A stretch of DNA of 62,923 bases, counting the filler, from Octopus bimaculoides (taxonomy: Eukaryota), in the NCBI RefSeq assembly GCF_001194135.2. It is 3 parts of 3 records of this genome, joined end to end, with 100 filler letters (N's around TTAATTAATTAA, not from the genome) between each part and the next. Parts side by side here need not be neighbours in the genome. Positions count along the whole stretch, not along the records: positions 26,823 to 57,359 come from NC_068982.1; positions 57,460 to 62,923 come from NC_069006.1; 1 more part is not named here. The stretch is one strand, 5' to 3'. Position 1 is the stretch's first letter. Each line of letters opens with the position of its first letter. The notes under the pieces were generated by a model. The model ran no database searches and was not told the origin of the DNA. It was given only the letters and a program-made list of their open reading frames with translations. A program made the translations under genes and the position numbers. This document shows positions 50,530 through 62,923 of the stretch, in pieces.

Positions 50530-51249
50530 TGCACAAACATACATACACATACATAAATGCATGTATGTATCGGAACATAAACTAAACAACTTTATACATC
50601 TTTACCACCAGTCCACCATGTCTGCAGCCAGTCGCATTCGTTGCGATATAAACGCATGGCCATACGGTTAGGGTGGAGAGGGACGGAGGAGATGATGTAG
50701 AGTGGATTATATTGGTCTCAATTTATGACTGGTACATACTTTTATTAATGCCAGAAGTTAAGGTGAAAGTCAACCAAAGCGAGATTTGAACTCGGAATAT
50801 AAAGAGCATGANNNNNNNNNNNNNNNNNNNNNNNNNNNNNNNNNNNNNNNNNNNNNNNNNNNNNNNNNNNNNNNNNNNNNNNNNNNNNNNNNNNNNNNNN
50901 NNNNNNNNNNNNNNNNNNNNNNNNNNNNNNNNNNNNNNNNNNNNNNNNNNNNNNNNNNNNNNNNNNNNNNNNNNNNNNNNNNNNNNNNNNNNNNNNNNNN
51001 NNNNNNNNNNNNNNNNNNNNNNNNNNNNNNNNNNNNNNNNNNNNNNNNNNNNNNNNNNNNNNNNNNNNNNNNNNNNNNNNNNNNNNNNNNNNNNNNNNNN
51101 NNNNNNNNNNNNNNATTAAAGTGGAAACAAATGAAATATTGACGGAATTCTGCTTTATGCACGCCCCTCATAAACCTTTTTGTATTTTTTTGAAATTTTC
51201 AGAAAATTTTTGCGAATTTGTGTTCTACACGCGGGAATTCATAAGATTT

Positions 51250-51286
<37 letters not shown>

Positions 51287-52175
51287 GGTACGTGATTTAA
51301 AGCTTATTTACCTGTTATTTTAGTACATCTCACAACCACCTCATACCTCCTGTGTTTTAAGCATTTTAATAATAAAAAAATGACTATGCGGTGGACAGAA
51401 CAGCAACAGACAAATAAGCAGCTTTGTAACAGTTTGGCTTGTTACTATGGAAACAGGCACCTATATGTCAGTAGCCTTCGATAGTCTAAAATTACCCAAA
51501 ATCTCCAAACTTTAAAACCTATTAACTTTTTATTTATTGATTTACGGCCAAAATGAATTTCGTGTCAATAATTATCATACAAAACTATATCATTACATCC
51601 AATATGAAATCAGTTGGAACAAAAATTGAGGAAACTGAAAAGTGGCAACCAAACTGAAAAGATCCAATTCAATATGAAAAATGAAGCCGCAGTAGAACTG
51701 CTGCTGCTACTACCATTACTATTACTACTACTACCACTGCAGCTGCTGCTGCTACCACGACTGCTGCTGCTGCAATGCTAATATCCTTATCGTTGCCAAC
51801 ATCGTCATCATGGTCATGACTATCATCATTATTCTCATCATCGTCATCGTCGTCATCATCATCATCATCATCATCGTTAACAACATAAGAGGTGACTGGG
51901 GTATCAACCTCAGTGACAAACAGATAGACAAACATGCAGGCAGACAGACAGATAGATGTTGACACGTGATTATATGAAAGTTGATCGAGGGGAAGATATC
52001 TGGCTTGAAGTGTTATCTTGGTGAAAAAGAAATAGAGAAAAATTACTATCGCTGAAGTTCAACTGGCGACTGGACTGATATGTATACTCTGATTGGTTCG
52101 GTGTACATACATACAAACATACATACACACATACATACATACATAAATGTATTTATATGTATGCTTGTGCATGTG

Positions 52176-52220
<45 letters not shown>

Positions 52221-52949
52221 GTATATGTAGATGTGTATGTATGCATGTATAATATATAAGTGTATATATGTGTGTATGTGTATGTGTGTGTGCTTTCGAC
52301 ATTAAGGATTGTCAGACACTGCTCTTTCCCACACATACATTCATATACTCCCACTTATATAAACAGCGATATACATATACGCAGATGCACAAACACGTAA
52401 GCACACAGATATGCATATACTGATACCAATACATCGACACATACACAAACATATACACAGATACACAGACATATACATACATGCAGATATATAGACATGT
52501 CCACATAAATACATAAGCTCGCCTCCCCACGCATATATACGCACTCACACCAGAGTATCCTGAAAACATTCTAGAAAAACCAGAATAAATACTTCAAGTA
52601 TGATGCACAGATTAGATTTATAATTTTATGCTCTTTCACTTGCATACACCGAGTTTCTTTTAGCTCTGCAAGCTTTTTGCAGCATCAGTGAATACTTCAA
52701 TTTACTGTTTGCTATGTATCAGAGGGACAGATGTCGTCTAAGCATGTGGCGACATGACATTGACAAGCCAAAGCATGAGTGAAATATATCTACGTTCCCG
52801 TGAATCACTGCAGGACAATGTTTGTCTCACCCCGATATATATTGTGCTTTTAAAACAATATGACAACGGAAAGATTTTCTCACAGGCAAAATAACAGCTT
52901 GAGCTAAGGCCGAACGAGGTTACTAAAATCCGAATTGAATGGCTCTATC

Positions 52950-53552
52950 TAGGATCAGTTAGGAAATCTATGAGAAAAACAGCACCATGACGCAATTCAC
53001 TCTGCAAGAAATTTGGAAACGACATGCTGTACTGCTTGGCATTCGCGCCGGAGGCTCCAATACGAACATTTCAGAGTGCCTGAGTATCAATTTTAAGACA
53101 GTGCAATCTCAGGACATGTACCGAGAGTGATAAAAATCAAGCATTCAGTCAACATCATGGTGTTTGGAGCGATCACTAGTGATGGCGATGTTATGCCTCC
53201 ATTCATCTTCCCACACGGCCTCACGCTCAACACGGAGACCTACATCGAGTGCCCGGAGGAGGTAGTGCTGCCATAGGTGAAGAAGGTGGCTGCTGGAAGA
53301 CCCTATGTCTGGCAACAGGACTTTGCACCATGCCAGTCATGGCTGTCAGACAATTTCTGCGACCATATTACCCCTAACATCTGACCTGCTAACTCCCCAG
53401 ACTGCAACCCCCTTGATTATCATGTGTGGGGCCCAATTGTGCAAGAGGCCAACAAAACTCCTTGTAACACCAAAGATGAACTGAAGGCAAGGATTATGGC
53501 AGCATTCACCAACTTAAGCAAGGAGACCGTTCAGAAGAGTTGCAGAAGAATT
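52950..53552 (+). mobile_element. Tc1/mariner (maT/DD37D-like) internally deleted fragment
   Basis: MTQFTLQEIWKRHAVLLGIRAG... joined to VPRVIKIKHSVNIMVFGAITSDGDVMPPFIFPHGL..GRPYVWQQDFAPC..SPDCNPLDY. Confidence 0.8.
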
Positions 53553-53680
53553 TAAACACAGGCATTTTTATTCTGATGTTTAATCTTATATCTAACATTC
53601 TGTATTTGACATATACTTGATTTTACATGATTGATATATGTGCTAATTCATATTTATAATGTATAATTTATAAATTTTAA

Positions 53681-53796
53681 TTCTTAATATTACAAAGTAT
53701 AATTTTTATTCTTAATTTCTTAATATTACAAAGTATAATTTTTATTCTTAATTTCTTAATATTACAAAGTATAATTTTTATTCTTAATTTCTTAAT
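53681..53796. repeat. 36-bp minisatellite, 3 perfect copies plus a partial
   Basis: ttcttaatattacaaagtataatttttattcttaat at 53681, 53717 and 53753. Confidence 0.95.
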
Positions 53797-53863
53797 CTTT
53801 AATGCTTAATTGTATTGCTTATTTTAAAGGGATGTAAAATTAAATATATAATATTTTGAAATA

Positions 53864-53997
53864 GAACCTGAAGAGATGTTGGAATAATTGTAAATCTGAT
53901 GATTGCATATATGTATTCATATATGTATGTATATAGGCATACAGTTGTGTATATGTATATATATTGTAATCTCCCAATACTGAAACACGTGTAGTTC
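53864..53997 (+). ncRNA. hammerhead motif with expanded stem II loop
   Basis: GAAC-CTGAAGA-GATGTTGG..~90 nt AT-rich..CCAATACT-GAAA-C ACGT G-TA-GTTC; perfect palindrome ACACGTGT; AATAAA follows. Confidence 0.7.
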
Positions 53998-54357
53998 CTT
54001 CATATTAAATTTAATAAATATAAGTATTAAGTAAAGTATGATATAATTAACGAAGTACGTTATATACCAAGCTGGAAATTTTGGTTATATCCTTGAAGTG
54101 TTATTTCGTGATGTGCAAACTGATACCATGAGTTTACTGTCGGATATACTCATTAGGTTATTTTTGTATTATCTCAAATAGAATACCCGTATATCGATTA
54201 ATCCCCCAAAATTGAATATTGACTTTTATCAGATACTTTGTATATTTATAGATAAATATATAAATATACGATAAATAAGACTCCAAAGTACGATATGCAG
54301 ATGCATATAACGTTGTAGGGTTACACCTGATTGATTTGGAAATTTGTTTTCCCAAAT

Positions 54358-54403
<46 letters not shown>

Positions 54404-54471
54404 TGTGTGTGTGAAGAGAGAAAAGGATAAAGAGAACAATGGCAAAGTTAGCAGTATATTTTATGAATAAA

Positions 54472-54520
54472 GTCTTACAGCTGTTTCAGGGAAAATCCAA
54501 TGTATCCCTTCATCGGAGAC
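54472..54520 (-). ncRNA. apparently intact minimal type I hammerhead (U4C)
   Basis: Minus: GTCT-CCGATGA-AGGGA TACATTGGATTT TCCCT-GAAA-C AGCT G-TA-AGAC; all three stems pair; palindrome ACAGCTGT. Confidence 0.8.
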
Positions 54521-54658
54521 AGAAATAGTAGACGAATGGATTATTACATCTATAAGAGGAGAGTTGTAGTGGGAAGTGAGAGTATACAGCCGGTATACAG
54601 CACTTACTCGGTATTACCTGTATCTTTGAATTTGGTTGAATCCAATACCCTTCTTAAC

Positions 54659-54701
<43 letters not shown>

Positions 54702-55288
54702 ATGTATGTATGTATGTAACATATTAAAAGTCAGTTTCAATCTTGCTTGCATGCTTGCAATGTTACCCAGCCAAACTGGCGCGTTATGGGAAGATACTAG
54801 GAATTAAGCTTACCCTGAAATGTTAATACGAATGAAATGAAACAGGTTTCGCTTAAATTGGAGTAGTAGTTATTGAAATATTCGAGGTTTGGGTGTATAA
54901 ATACCCCAAACGGTGCATAATGGCAAAATGTTCCGAATATAACTTCATCCTGGAAAGGAAGAAACTCTAATCTTTCGATTAGACAGTGATTTGACAACGA
55001 AAAAATACGATTTTTTTAACTATAATATATATACATACAACCTTCGACAGAGTAACAGTCATATATACAACTTGAACAGACATACATAAACATATGTTTA
55101 CGTATACATACATATATACACACACACACGCAGACACGTCTACACATATATACGTAAATAATCACATACATACATACATACATACATACATACATAAGCA
55201 CATATACCATGAACTTCGTAAACTCGGTGAGAAATAGTTTTTTTCCCTAGGTTTTTTTTTCGAGTGCATTCAACGTTATCTCACCTCC

Positions 55289-55409
55289 AAAGATTTGGCT
55301 GCTATTTTTCTAGCACGCTCTGCTACCACGAAACAGCTATTTTCGATAAAGGATCCGACATACCTGTTACGTGGTAGCAGGATGTGCAAGAAATAGCAGC
55401 CAAATCTTT
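55289..55409. repeat. 121-bp imperfect inverted repeat
   Basis: aaagatttggctgctattt..ctgctaccacg / cgtggtagcag..aaatagcagccaaatcttt. Confidence 0.85.
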
Positions 55410-55824
55410 CATTTTCTGGCGGAATGGAGCCATATACGCGCGATTTCGATGTTACTTTTGTTGAAAGCATGCGAAATAACCTGGAAAAGAAAAAACACAC
55501 GAAACAAAATTCCGTTGCTGGGAAACTGAGTTTCCCGGTGATCCAATGTAGTCTAGTATATATATATATGCCCAGTTATATTTATATGTGTGTGTGCGCA
55601 CGCGACGAGTCGGGAAATATGCCCAGTTATATTTCTGGTAGTTCTCAACATTCCGATTTCCACTCCCACCGCGCTGATCAAGAGGTGGTGGAGGCGTAAA
55701 CACACACACACATAATACATACATACTACAGACACACACACGTATTAGTGTGTATGTGTGTCGGTGGTGCCCCAGCATGATCGCAGCTTTAGAACTGAAA
55801 CAAGTTAAAAGATATATATATCCC

Positions 55825-55975
55825 TCAGTTTCCGTCTACCAAATCCACTCACAAAATTTTTGTTGTGCCGGAACTATAGCAGAAGACATTTGCTCACAGT
55901 GACATGCAGTAAGACTGAACCCGGAACCATGTGGCTGGGAAGCAAGCTTCTTACCACACAGTCACGTCTGCACCT
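55825..55975 (-). mobile_element. SINE family A 5' part
   Basis: cagtttccgtctaccaaatccactcac...gactgaacccggaaccatgtggctgggaagcaagcttcttaccacacagtcacg. Confidence 0.8.
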
Positions 55976-56099
55976 ATATATATATTTTTTACTTTTGTAG
56001 AGTATCATATATTTCTGAATGTTGTTATAGTTCTCGCCTAAACTTAATCTAACTCCTTTCGTTGTTTTATCATTTTTGGATTGTTTCTCGGTAAAGCGT

Positions 56100-56530
56100 C
56101 GAACAAAATAACCTTGTATTTATTTATATCCACGTACGCTCTGAGTTCAAATCATATCGAAGCCTACTTTACTTTCCATCTTTCAAGGATCGATAAAATA
56201 AAATACCAATCAGGTACTGGGGTCAGTGTTATCAAAAAACCCCTCGCCTCAAAAATACTGGCCCTGTGCCTATGTTAAGAGCAATTATTGTGGTATTATT
56301 ATTGGTTTCAACTTTTGCAGTCGGTGATAACTTAATAACATCGACCCGCCAAGGCATAAATGGTACTTGTTTAATCGACCCCGGAAGAATGAACCTCGGT
56401 GGAATTTGAACTCAGAACGCAAAGTCTGCAGAAATGCCGTGGCATTTCGTCCGTCTTTACGTTCCGAGTTCGAATTAAACCGAGTTCGACCTTTTTCCGG
56501 CATTTTGCGTTCTGAGTTCAAATATTGCTG
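56100..56530. mobile_element. cluster of SINE family C fragments in both orientations
   Basis: ctctgagttcaaat (+, ~56130), gaatttgaactcagaacg (-, ~56400), cgttccgagttcgaa and cgttctgagttcaaat (+, 56460-56525). Confidence 0.7.
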
Positions 56531-56972
56531 AGAATAACTTTACCAATTATCGTTCCTGGATCAGTAAACAGCTAAGAACTGATAGAACCGTTTGTTGTTT
56601 TCCACCCCGAACTGTAAGGCCTTGTGTCTGCGAAAGGAAACTCAGAGATTATTCTTATGATTATTATATGGAAAGAGACGCAGTGGTCCATGCACTCAAT
56701 ACGTGTGTAAAGTGGGAATATTGTGTGTTTGTAGATGATTGAGAACAACCACGTGATGCTCTCAGATGCCAATAAGCTCAGTTTACCAGAATTCGAGAAA
56801 TATGTGGAGTTGGGGACATAAATGATAGCAAAAAAAAGAAAGAAAAATAAATAAATAAATAAAAAATAAAGATTTATGAATATTTTTGTATTTGTGTTGT
56901 GTCTAGATGAAGAAAATATTAACACATTTATAATAACTTACATCCTATAAAATAATTTTGAATGTGTGTGTG

Positions 56973-57026
<54 letters not shown>

Positions 57027-57460
57027 TGTGTGTTTAGACAGATAGAGGGATGTCAGTTTAATGTTTGTCAGTGTGTACTGCAAAAATATTTTTATAGAAA
57101 TTTGCATATTTTGCATATATGCCACACACACACACACACACACACGTATGTATGTATGTATGTATGTATGTACGTATGTATGTGTGTGTGCGTGTGTATG
57201 TGTATGTGTGTGCGTATGTATGTATGTATGTATGTATGTATGTATAAGTTTTGAACCAGGAAAGTGTCGATTCAGAATTGATAATTTCTCGCCAGTCATA
57301 AATCTTGTCACTAAAAAAAAATCTATTTATATTTCGATATCAATACTCGATCACTCACTNNNNNNNNNNNNNNNNNNNNNNNNNNNNNNNNNNNNNNNNN
57401 NNNTTAATTAATTAANNNNNNNNNNNNNNNNNNNNNNNNNNNNNNNNNNNNNNNNNNNNT

Positions 57461-57560
57461 GGAGCCTGGTGTTGCCATCCGGTTTCACCAGTCCTCAGTC
57501 AAATCGTCCAACCCATGCTAGCATGGAAAGCGGACATTAAACGATGATGATGATGATGAT
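57461..57560 (+). mobile_element. LINE/SINE 3' end with (GAT)n tail (RTE-like)
   Basis: aaatcgtccaacccatgctagcatggaaagcggacattaaacgatgatgatgatg. Confidence 0.45.
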
Positions 57561-57574
57561 TATTATATTAGGGT

Positions 57575-57785
57575 AGAGAGCTGGCAGAATCATTAGCACA
57601 TTCGTTAGCACATGTAAGGTGGCGAGCTGGCAGAATCGGTAGCAACGCCGGGCAAAATGCTTAGCGGTGTTTTGTCTGTCTTTACGTTCTGAGTTCAAAT
57701 TCTGCCGAGGTCGACTTTGCCTTTTGTCTTTTCGGGATCAATGAAGTACCAGTTACATACTGGGGTTAATGTAATCCACTATCCC
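57575..57785 (+). mobile_element. SINE family C with duplicated head
   Basis: gagctggcagaatcattagcac then ggcgagctggcagaatcggtagcaacgccgggcaaaatgcttagcgg...gagttcaaattctgccgaggtcgac. Confidence 0.8.
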
Positions 57786-57968
57786 CCTCCCCTCTGTGTA
57801 TGTATGAGTGTGTGTTTATGTGTACATATATGTATATGTATATCTAGGTGTATATGCATGTATGTATGTATGCATATGTGTATATGTGTGTATATCTTAA
57901 TGTCTGTGTATAGATATGTGAGCATGTATGTGTGTGTATGTATACGCATGTGTGTGTATGTATACGCA

Positions 57969-58015
<47 letters not shown>

Positions 58016-58731
58016 GTGTGTGCATATATCGTTATGTGTGTTAATGCATACATGTGCATATGTGTACACATACGCACGCGCGCACACGTGTGTGTGTGTC
58101 TTTTCAACTGAGGTAAAACGGTTCATTGAGTTTTGTCCCCTTATATCAAAGCAGTGACTTCACCATCCAATAAAACGATGTACCAGACGGAGGTAAGTCA
58201 ACGGGGTCGGCTTTAACCTTTGAAGGAGCCACCAATGGAATGACTCCAGTTCTAACGATCAAAATCGATAAATCAATACGGGAGATCAAAGAGAAAGTGC
58301 AGTTTTCCTCTCTGTAGATTGGACCGCAACAGAGAGATATAGCCAGACGCGATTAGTCTTAAACAATACACACGCATCAATGTGGAAAAAAAAACATATC
58401 CCCCGATTGTAAAATGATGGTGTCGGTGTTGGTTGTGGTGGTGGTGGTAGTGGTGGTGATGGTGGCTGGTTGATTGTATAGCGACCGACCTGCCTTGCTG
58501 CCTGCCTGCCCTACCTGCTATTTCTTGCTTGATCATAGCGATCCCCTGATGGAAGTTTCCATGGGAGATAACTCGTGTGAAAGCAGAGAGATGTCAAACT
58601 GAGAAATGAAAACGCTTCTTTTCAGGAGCAGCAGGTGCGCTGGGCACTGGGTGGGTGCATGCATACATACATACATACATACATATGTATATATACGCAC
58701 ACACACACACGTTGGTGGGTATATATACATA

Positions 58732-58763
<32 letters not shown>

Positions 58764-58909
58764 CATATACACACACACGTGTATGCACACACTCGCATGT
58801 ACACACATACACGTTGGTGTGTATGTATATATGTAGATGGGTGTATATGTGTGTATGTATGCATATGTGTGTGTATGTATATGTGTATGTATGTTTATGT
58901 ATATATGTG

Positions 58910-58966
<57 letters not shown>

Positions 58967-58979
58967 TTCAGACGTTCAA

Positions 58980-59327
58980 TACAGGTGCTGGTGTGGCTAT
59001 GTGGTAAGAAGCTTGCTTCCCAACCACATGGCTCTGGGTTCAGTCCCACTGCGTGGCATTTTGGGAAAGCGTCTTCTACTATAGCCTCGGGCCAACCAAA
59101 GCCTTGTGAGTGGATTTGGTAGACGGAAACTGAAAGAAGCTCATCATATATATGTGTGTGTGTTTGTACCCCTCACTTGACAACCGGTGTTGGTGTGTTT
59201 ATGTCCTTGTAACTTAAGAACTCAGAAAAAAAAGTACTAGGCTTTAAAAAAAAGTTCTGGGGTTGATTCGCTTTGAGGCAGTACCCCAGCATGGCCACAT
59301 ATTAATGACTGAAACAAGTAAAAGTTA
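58980..59327 (+). mobile_element. SINE family A, near full length
   Basis: ggtgtggctatgtggtaagaagcttgcttcccaaccacatggctctgggttcagtcccactgcgtggcattttgggaaag...gactgaaacaagtaaaag. Confidence 0.85.
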
Positions 59328-59849
59328 AAAAAAAAAACATTTAAAACTTAATTAAAACAGTTCAGCAGAAATCTATTTTCACATCATTAAATTAATATTG
59401 TTCTTGCTTTTTGTCTCTTCCGAAACGTCACATTACCTCAACCATTGTTGTTGCAATTATTTCCTCAATTGTTCAAACTAATAAGCACTGACTGCATTTC
59501 ATTGATGAGTTAATTAAATAGAATCGTTAGCATAAGTTTTTAATACAATGTAAAAATGGTCAGATGAAAATATAACCGAATCAACTTCAACTGCCTGAGT
59601 CGGGATAATGTAACTGGTGTTGTCACAAAACAATGCCGTGAAAGATTTATTTTTGTGTCTATTATCCTGTTGTTATCGGAATATTTTTTTGGTCTTTTTC
59701 TGTGAAAGAATTTGTCTCAGCATCACTCGATGAACTAGTGTTACGTATGGAAGGTTTAGTTTAAGCATCGTGGAGAATTTATCTGAGGAATTATGTGAAG
59801 AAAGATTAATTTACTGTACCTTTCTTGCTACCAGCATACATACCTGTCT

Positions 59850-59980
<131 letters not shown>

Positions 59981-60719
59981 CTGGATCGTTGTGTCTTATT
60001 TGGAAGAAATCATTTGGTAAGTTATTAAAATAATTCTAGAGAATCCATTTTTTTTTTTGTTTTGTTTTACTGATTTTTGCATCATTTATTATCCTTTGCT
60101 ATCTTCCACATGTTCCATCATCGGACAGTGGCCAGCCATGCTGGGGCACCGCCTTGAAAAGAAGGGGTTTTAGTCGAACTACTTTTGTCACCCTTCCCCC
60201 TTATCACCGTTGCCTGTCTGTGTATTGCAGCTTCTATTGATTGTTTCCCCTTTCTCATGCCATTCTGTCCCCCCACCCACCAACCCACCTACTGGTAGAA
60301 AAGTTTTAGTATTACAAGCTTCCAAAGAAATACTCTTTTCTATTCTATACAAATATATCATCTCTCTGCCTGTCTCTCTCTCTCTCCTTCTCTCTGTCTA
60401 TCCTCCACCCACCTCTCACACTTTTATATATGCACTGTTATAAACACACACTCTATTTTCCATTCTGTAATATACCTATTACAAACATCTTCTTCTCTTG
60501 ACACTTGTGATAGATGTTCATTTGAACTGTGAATGGAATCGCACTCCAATAAACTTCCTTTCACTTCAACAAATATTGAGTTAACGAGTGTTATCACCGG
60601 AGATCAATGTTAAATAAGAAAGGAGAGCAGAGCCTAAAAATAATTTTTTAATCTCTCTCTCTGTTGCTCTTTTTATAGTTTAGCCTTCGATTATTAATTT
60701 CTCATAAATGCTGACAGTC

Positions 60720-60890
60720 GTTAAGTGGGTTTTTGGCTGTAACTGAGGGCAGTTGTTAAGTGTGTTTGTGGGGACAGTTGAAGGCAGTGTTAAATGGGTT
60801 TGTGGATGTAATTTAGGGCTTTCGTTAAAAAGGATTGTGGGTGTAATTGAGGGCAGGTTTTTTGTGGGTTTTTGGCTGTAACTGTTAAAC
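60720..60890. repeat. degenerate ~35-bp minisatellite (~5 units)
   Basis: gttaa(g/a)tgggtttgtgg.tgtaa(c/t)tgagggcagt recurring. Confidence 0.6.
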
Positions 60891-62589
60891 TATGATAGAG
60901 GGATAGAAACAGGTGTCTTATTGTGGAGGAGCCTTTTGATTACATATGATAGATAGAAACTGAAAGAAGCCCATTGTATGTGTGTGTGTGTGTGTGTGTG
61001 TGTCTACCCTAGTTAGAAAGAGAGAGAGAGAGAGAGAGAGAGAGCAAGAGATGGTGGCAATGTTCAGTGGAATTAAATCCAACACCACATAGTTGGAAAG
61101 CAGGCTTCTTAACCACTCAGCCATGCTCCACGGAATGAAATATATAAATAAATGAATAATGAATAAAACAGTTGCTTTTGGCTGGCCGGATCAATAAGGT
61201 AGAATAGGCCAATGGATTTTAACTGACTAGAATTTCTGGCAATGACAACTCCCAATGGCTATATTCACCTAGTTCGAAACTAGAGTACATCTGCTGACCT
61301 CACCAAGTTAACCCTATACTTCTGGTTTTTAAAACAAAACATTTCGTTTTACTGCATTCATATTTACTTCAAAATATCATTGTGATATACATGTCCAGTA
61401 AGTTCACTGCAAGAAAAGTTTACAGAGAGACAAGTTCACAGTAAAAGTATAAAACCCTTATTTTCAAACCCTAATGTGTTGAAGCAGCAGATCGGAAACT
61501 TTGCAGAAAAAGAAGAAAAAAGATTTAGAAAACTTTATCATCAATTTATTCAAAAATTAAATGGGTTTAATCAGTCAATTTAATGAACAAAATTTAGAAG
61601 ATTAATAAATTTAATCAAATAAGTAAATCAGATTTCTAATAAGTGATGCTATGCACAATTCCATACAAGTGGCCATGGATGCATTTATCTTCATTGTAAT
61701 TTTGAATGACTCTTTGAATTTCTTCACAGTTAATTGATGGCAATGAACTTAGCTGTAATAGTAATTTAACGTGAGACACTTTATTTCACATTGCTCCAGT
61801 TCACTCACCTGGCCAAAATGAATTGTACCTGTAATTCAAAAGGGCTCAGCCTTGTCCCATTCTGTGTCATGCTGACTCACCCTGTGGACTGCGATAAGAG
61901 ATGCTAAAAATTTCATAAAATTTTATAAAACTTTTAACACCTTCTCTTCTCCATCTTTAATTGTTTGTTGAGTTTCTATAGAATACGTGTTCTATAAATG
62001 CTCATAACACACCTTATATACATACATGTATATATATGTATGTATATAATCATGACATCATAAAAGAAAAGAATGGAGAATTACACGTCTTCGAAATTTG
62101 TTTATCACAGCATTATCCTCATTAAATTCGCATTAAATTCCAGCCTGACACATGTTTCTGTGTTGGATTAGAAGTTAATGACGATAATACTGTAATAAAC
62201 AAATTCTGAAGCTGTATAATTCTCCATTCTTCTTTACAATATCTTAATTTTATCTTCTGTTTGAAATCCAATGAAGAAAACTCAGGCTTTGGTTAATATA
62301 AATTGTGTAATTGTTTATATTAACAAGTTCTGTAGGTTTCCTATTGTTCAATGTGGTTAGCCAGATCTGGACTATATCAGAGTGCTAATAAAGGTACCTG
62401 CCTGGATTCCAAATCCCTATTCTTTTATGTTAGGGTAAAGACCTCCTTTGGTCGTGAATGACCATGGGATTGCACCTAGAAAGTTCCCTCCAGGGCACAA
62501 GTCCGGGCGCGGTTGTTTATAGAAGACACGTAGTCATCCATGCAGTACAGTCTCTCTTCTCCATGCTATGGATGTTACCTTTACTCCAA

Positions 62590-62700
62590 CAAGTAAGGAG
62601 TCAATATCCTCCACCATCATCACTATAAGAACTGGAGACTGTTTTCACTGAAGAATGGACAAAAATTCCTTTGGAAACAATTCCAACTTTGTATGAGTCC
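62590..62700 (+). mobile_element. Tc1 transposase C-terminal remnant
   Basis: QVRSQYPPPSSL*ELETVFTEEWTKIPLETIPTLYES. Confidence 0.6.
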
Positions 62701-62774
62701 ACACATACACACACACACTTTGATGCGCACTCACTCACACACACTCACAGGTGTTTAGGGTGTTGCACTCATAA

Positions 62775-62923
62775 TCTAGCACTCGAGGGTTCCATTCTCA
62801 GACCAAGCAGTGTGTTGTGGTCAAAACACCTCATTTCACGTTGCTCCAGTTCACTCAGCTGGTAAAAACGTGTAACCCTGCGACGGACTGGCATCCCATC
62901 CAGGTGAGAAATATATATGCCAG
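62775..62923 (+). mobile_element. SINE family E fragment (runs off the window)
   Basis: cacgttgctccagttcactcagctggtaaaaac...ctgcgacggactggcatcccatcc matches 7143-7378. Confidence 0.75.

Noticed and set aside
54960-55060. CTGTCGAAG...ctaatc GAAA gattag on the minus strand
   Set aside because: No NUH site or stem II pairing; only a small GAAA-loop hairpin.
57404-57415. Second TTAATTAATTAA island
   Set aside because: Same artificial linker.

Overview
AT-rich, gap-riddled eukaryotic DNA with about 20 N-runs and dense (TA)n/(CA)n/(AGAT)n/(TAG)n microsatellites. The repeat families suggest a cephalopod, probably Octopus; this is an inference. I recognise no host protein-coding gene, rRNA or genuine tRNA, and most ORF-track entries are microsatellite or N artefacts. 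The window is a transposon graveyard. It holds two Penelope-like (GIY-YIG) fragments, two R4/Dong LINE fragments, an L1/Tx1-type ORF1 with a CCHC knuckle, a doubly deleted Ty3/Gypsy (Mag-like) element with both LTRs, several Tc1/mariner pieces and MITEs, RTE 3' ends and many tRNA-derived SINEs. The main observation is about 10-12 minimal type I hammerhead-ribozyme motifs from several unrelated sequence families, mostly just upstream of microsatellites and nearly all with a self-complementary stem III. Three have non-canonical cores that preserve the catalytic 3-8 base pair by compensatory change (A3-U8, U3-A8, U3-A8). Two share a bulged-A core variant, and two sit at or beside perfect fold-back palindromes. 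All motifs were read by eye. Coordinates of degenerate repeats are approximate, and no folding, alignment or database search was run.
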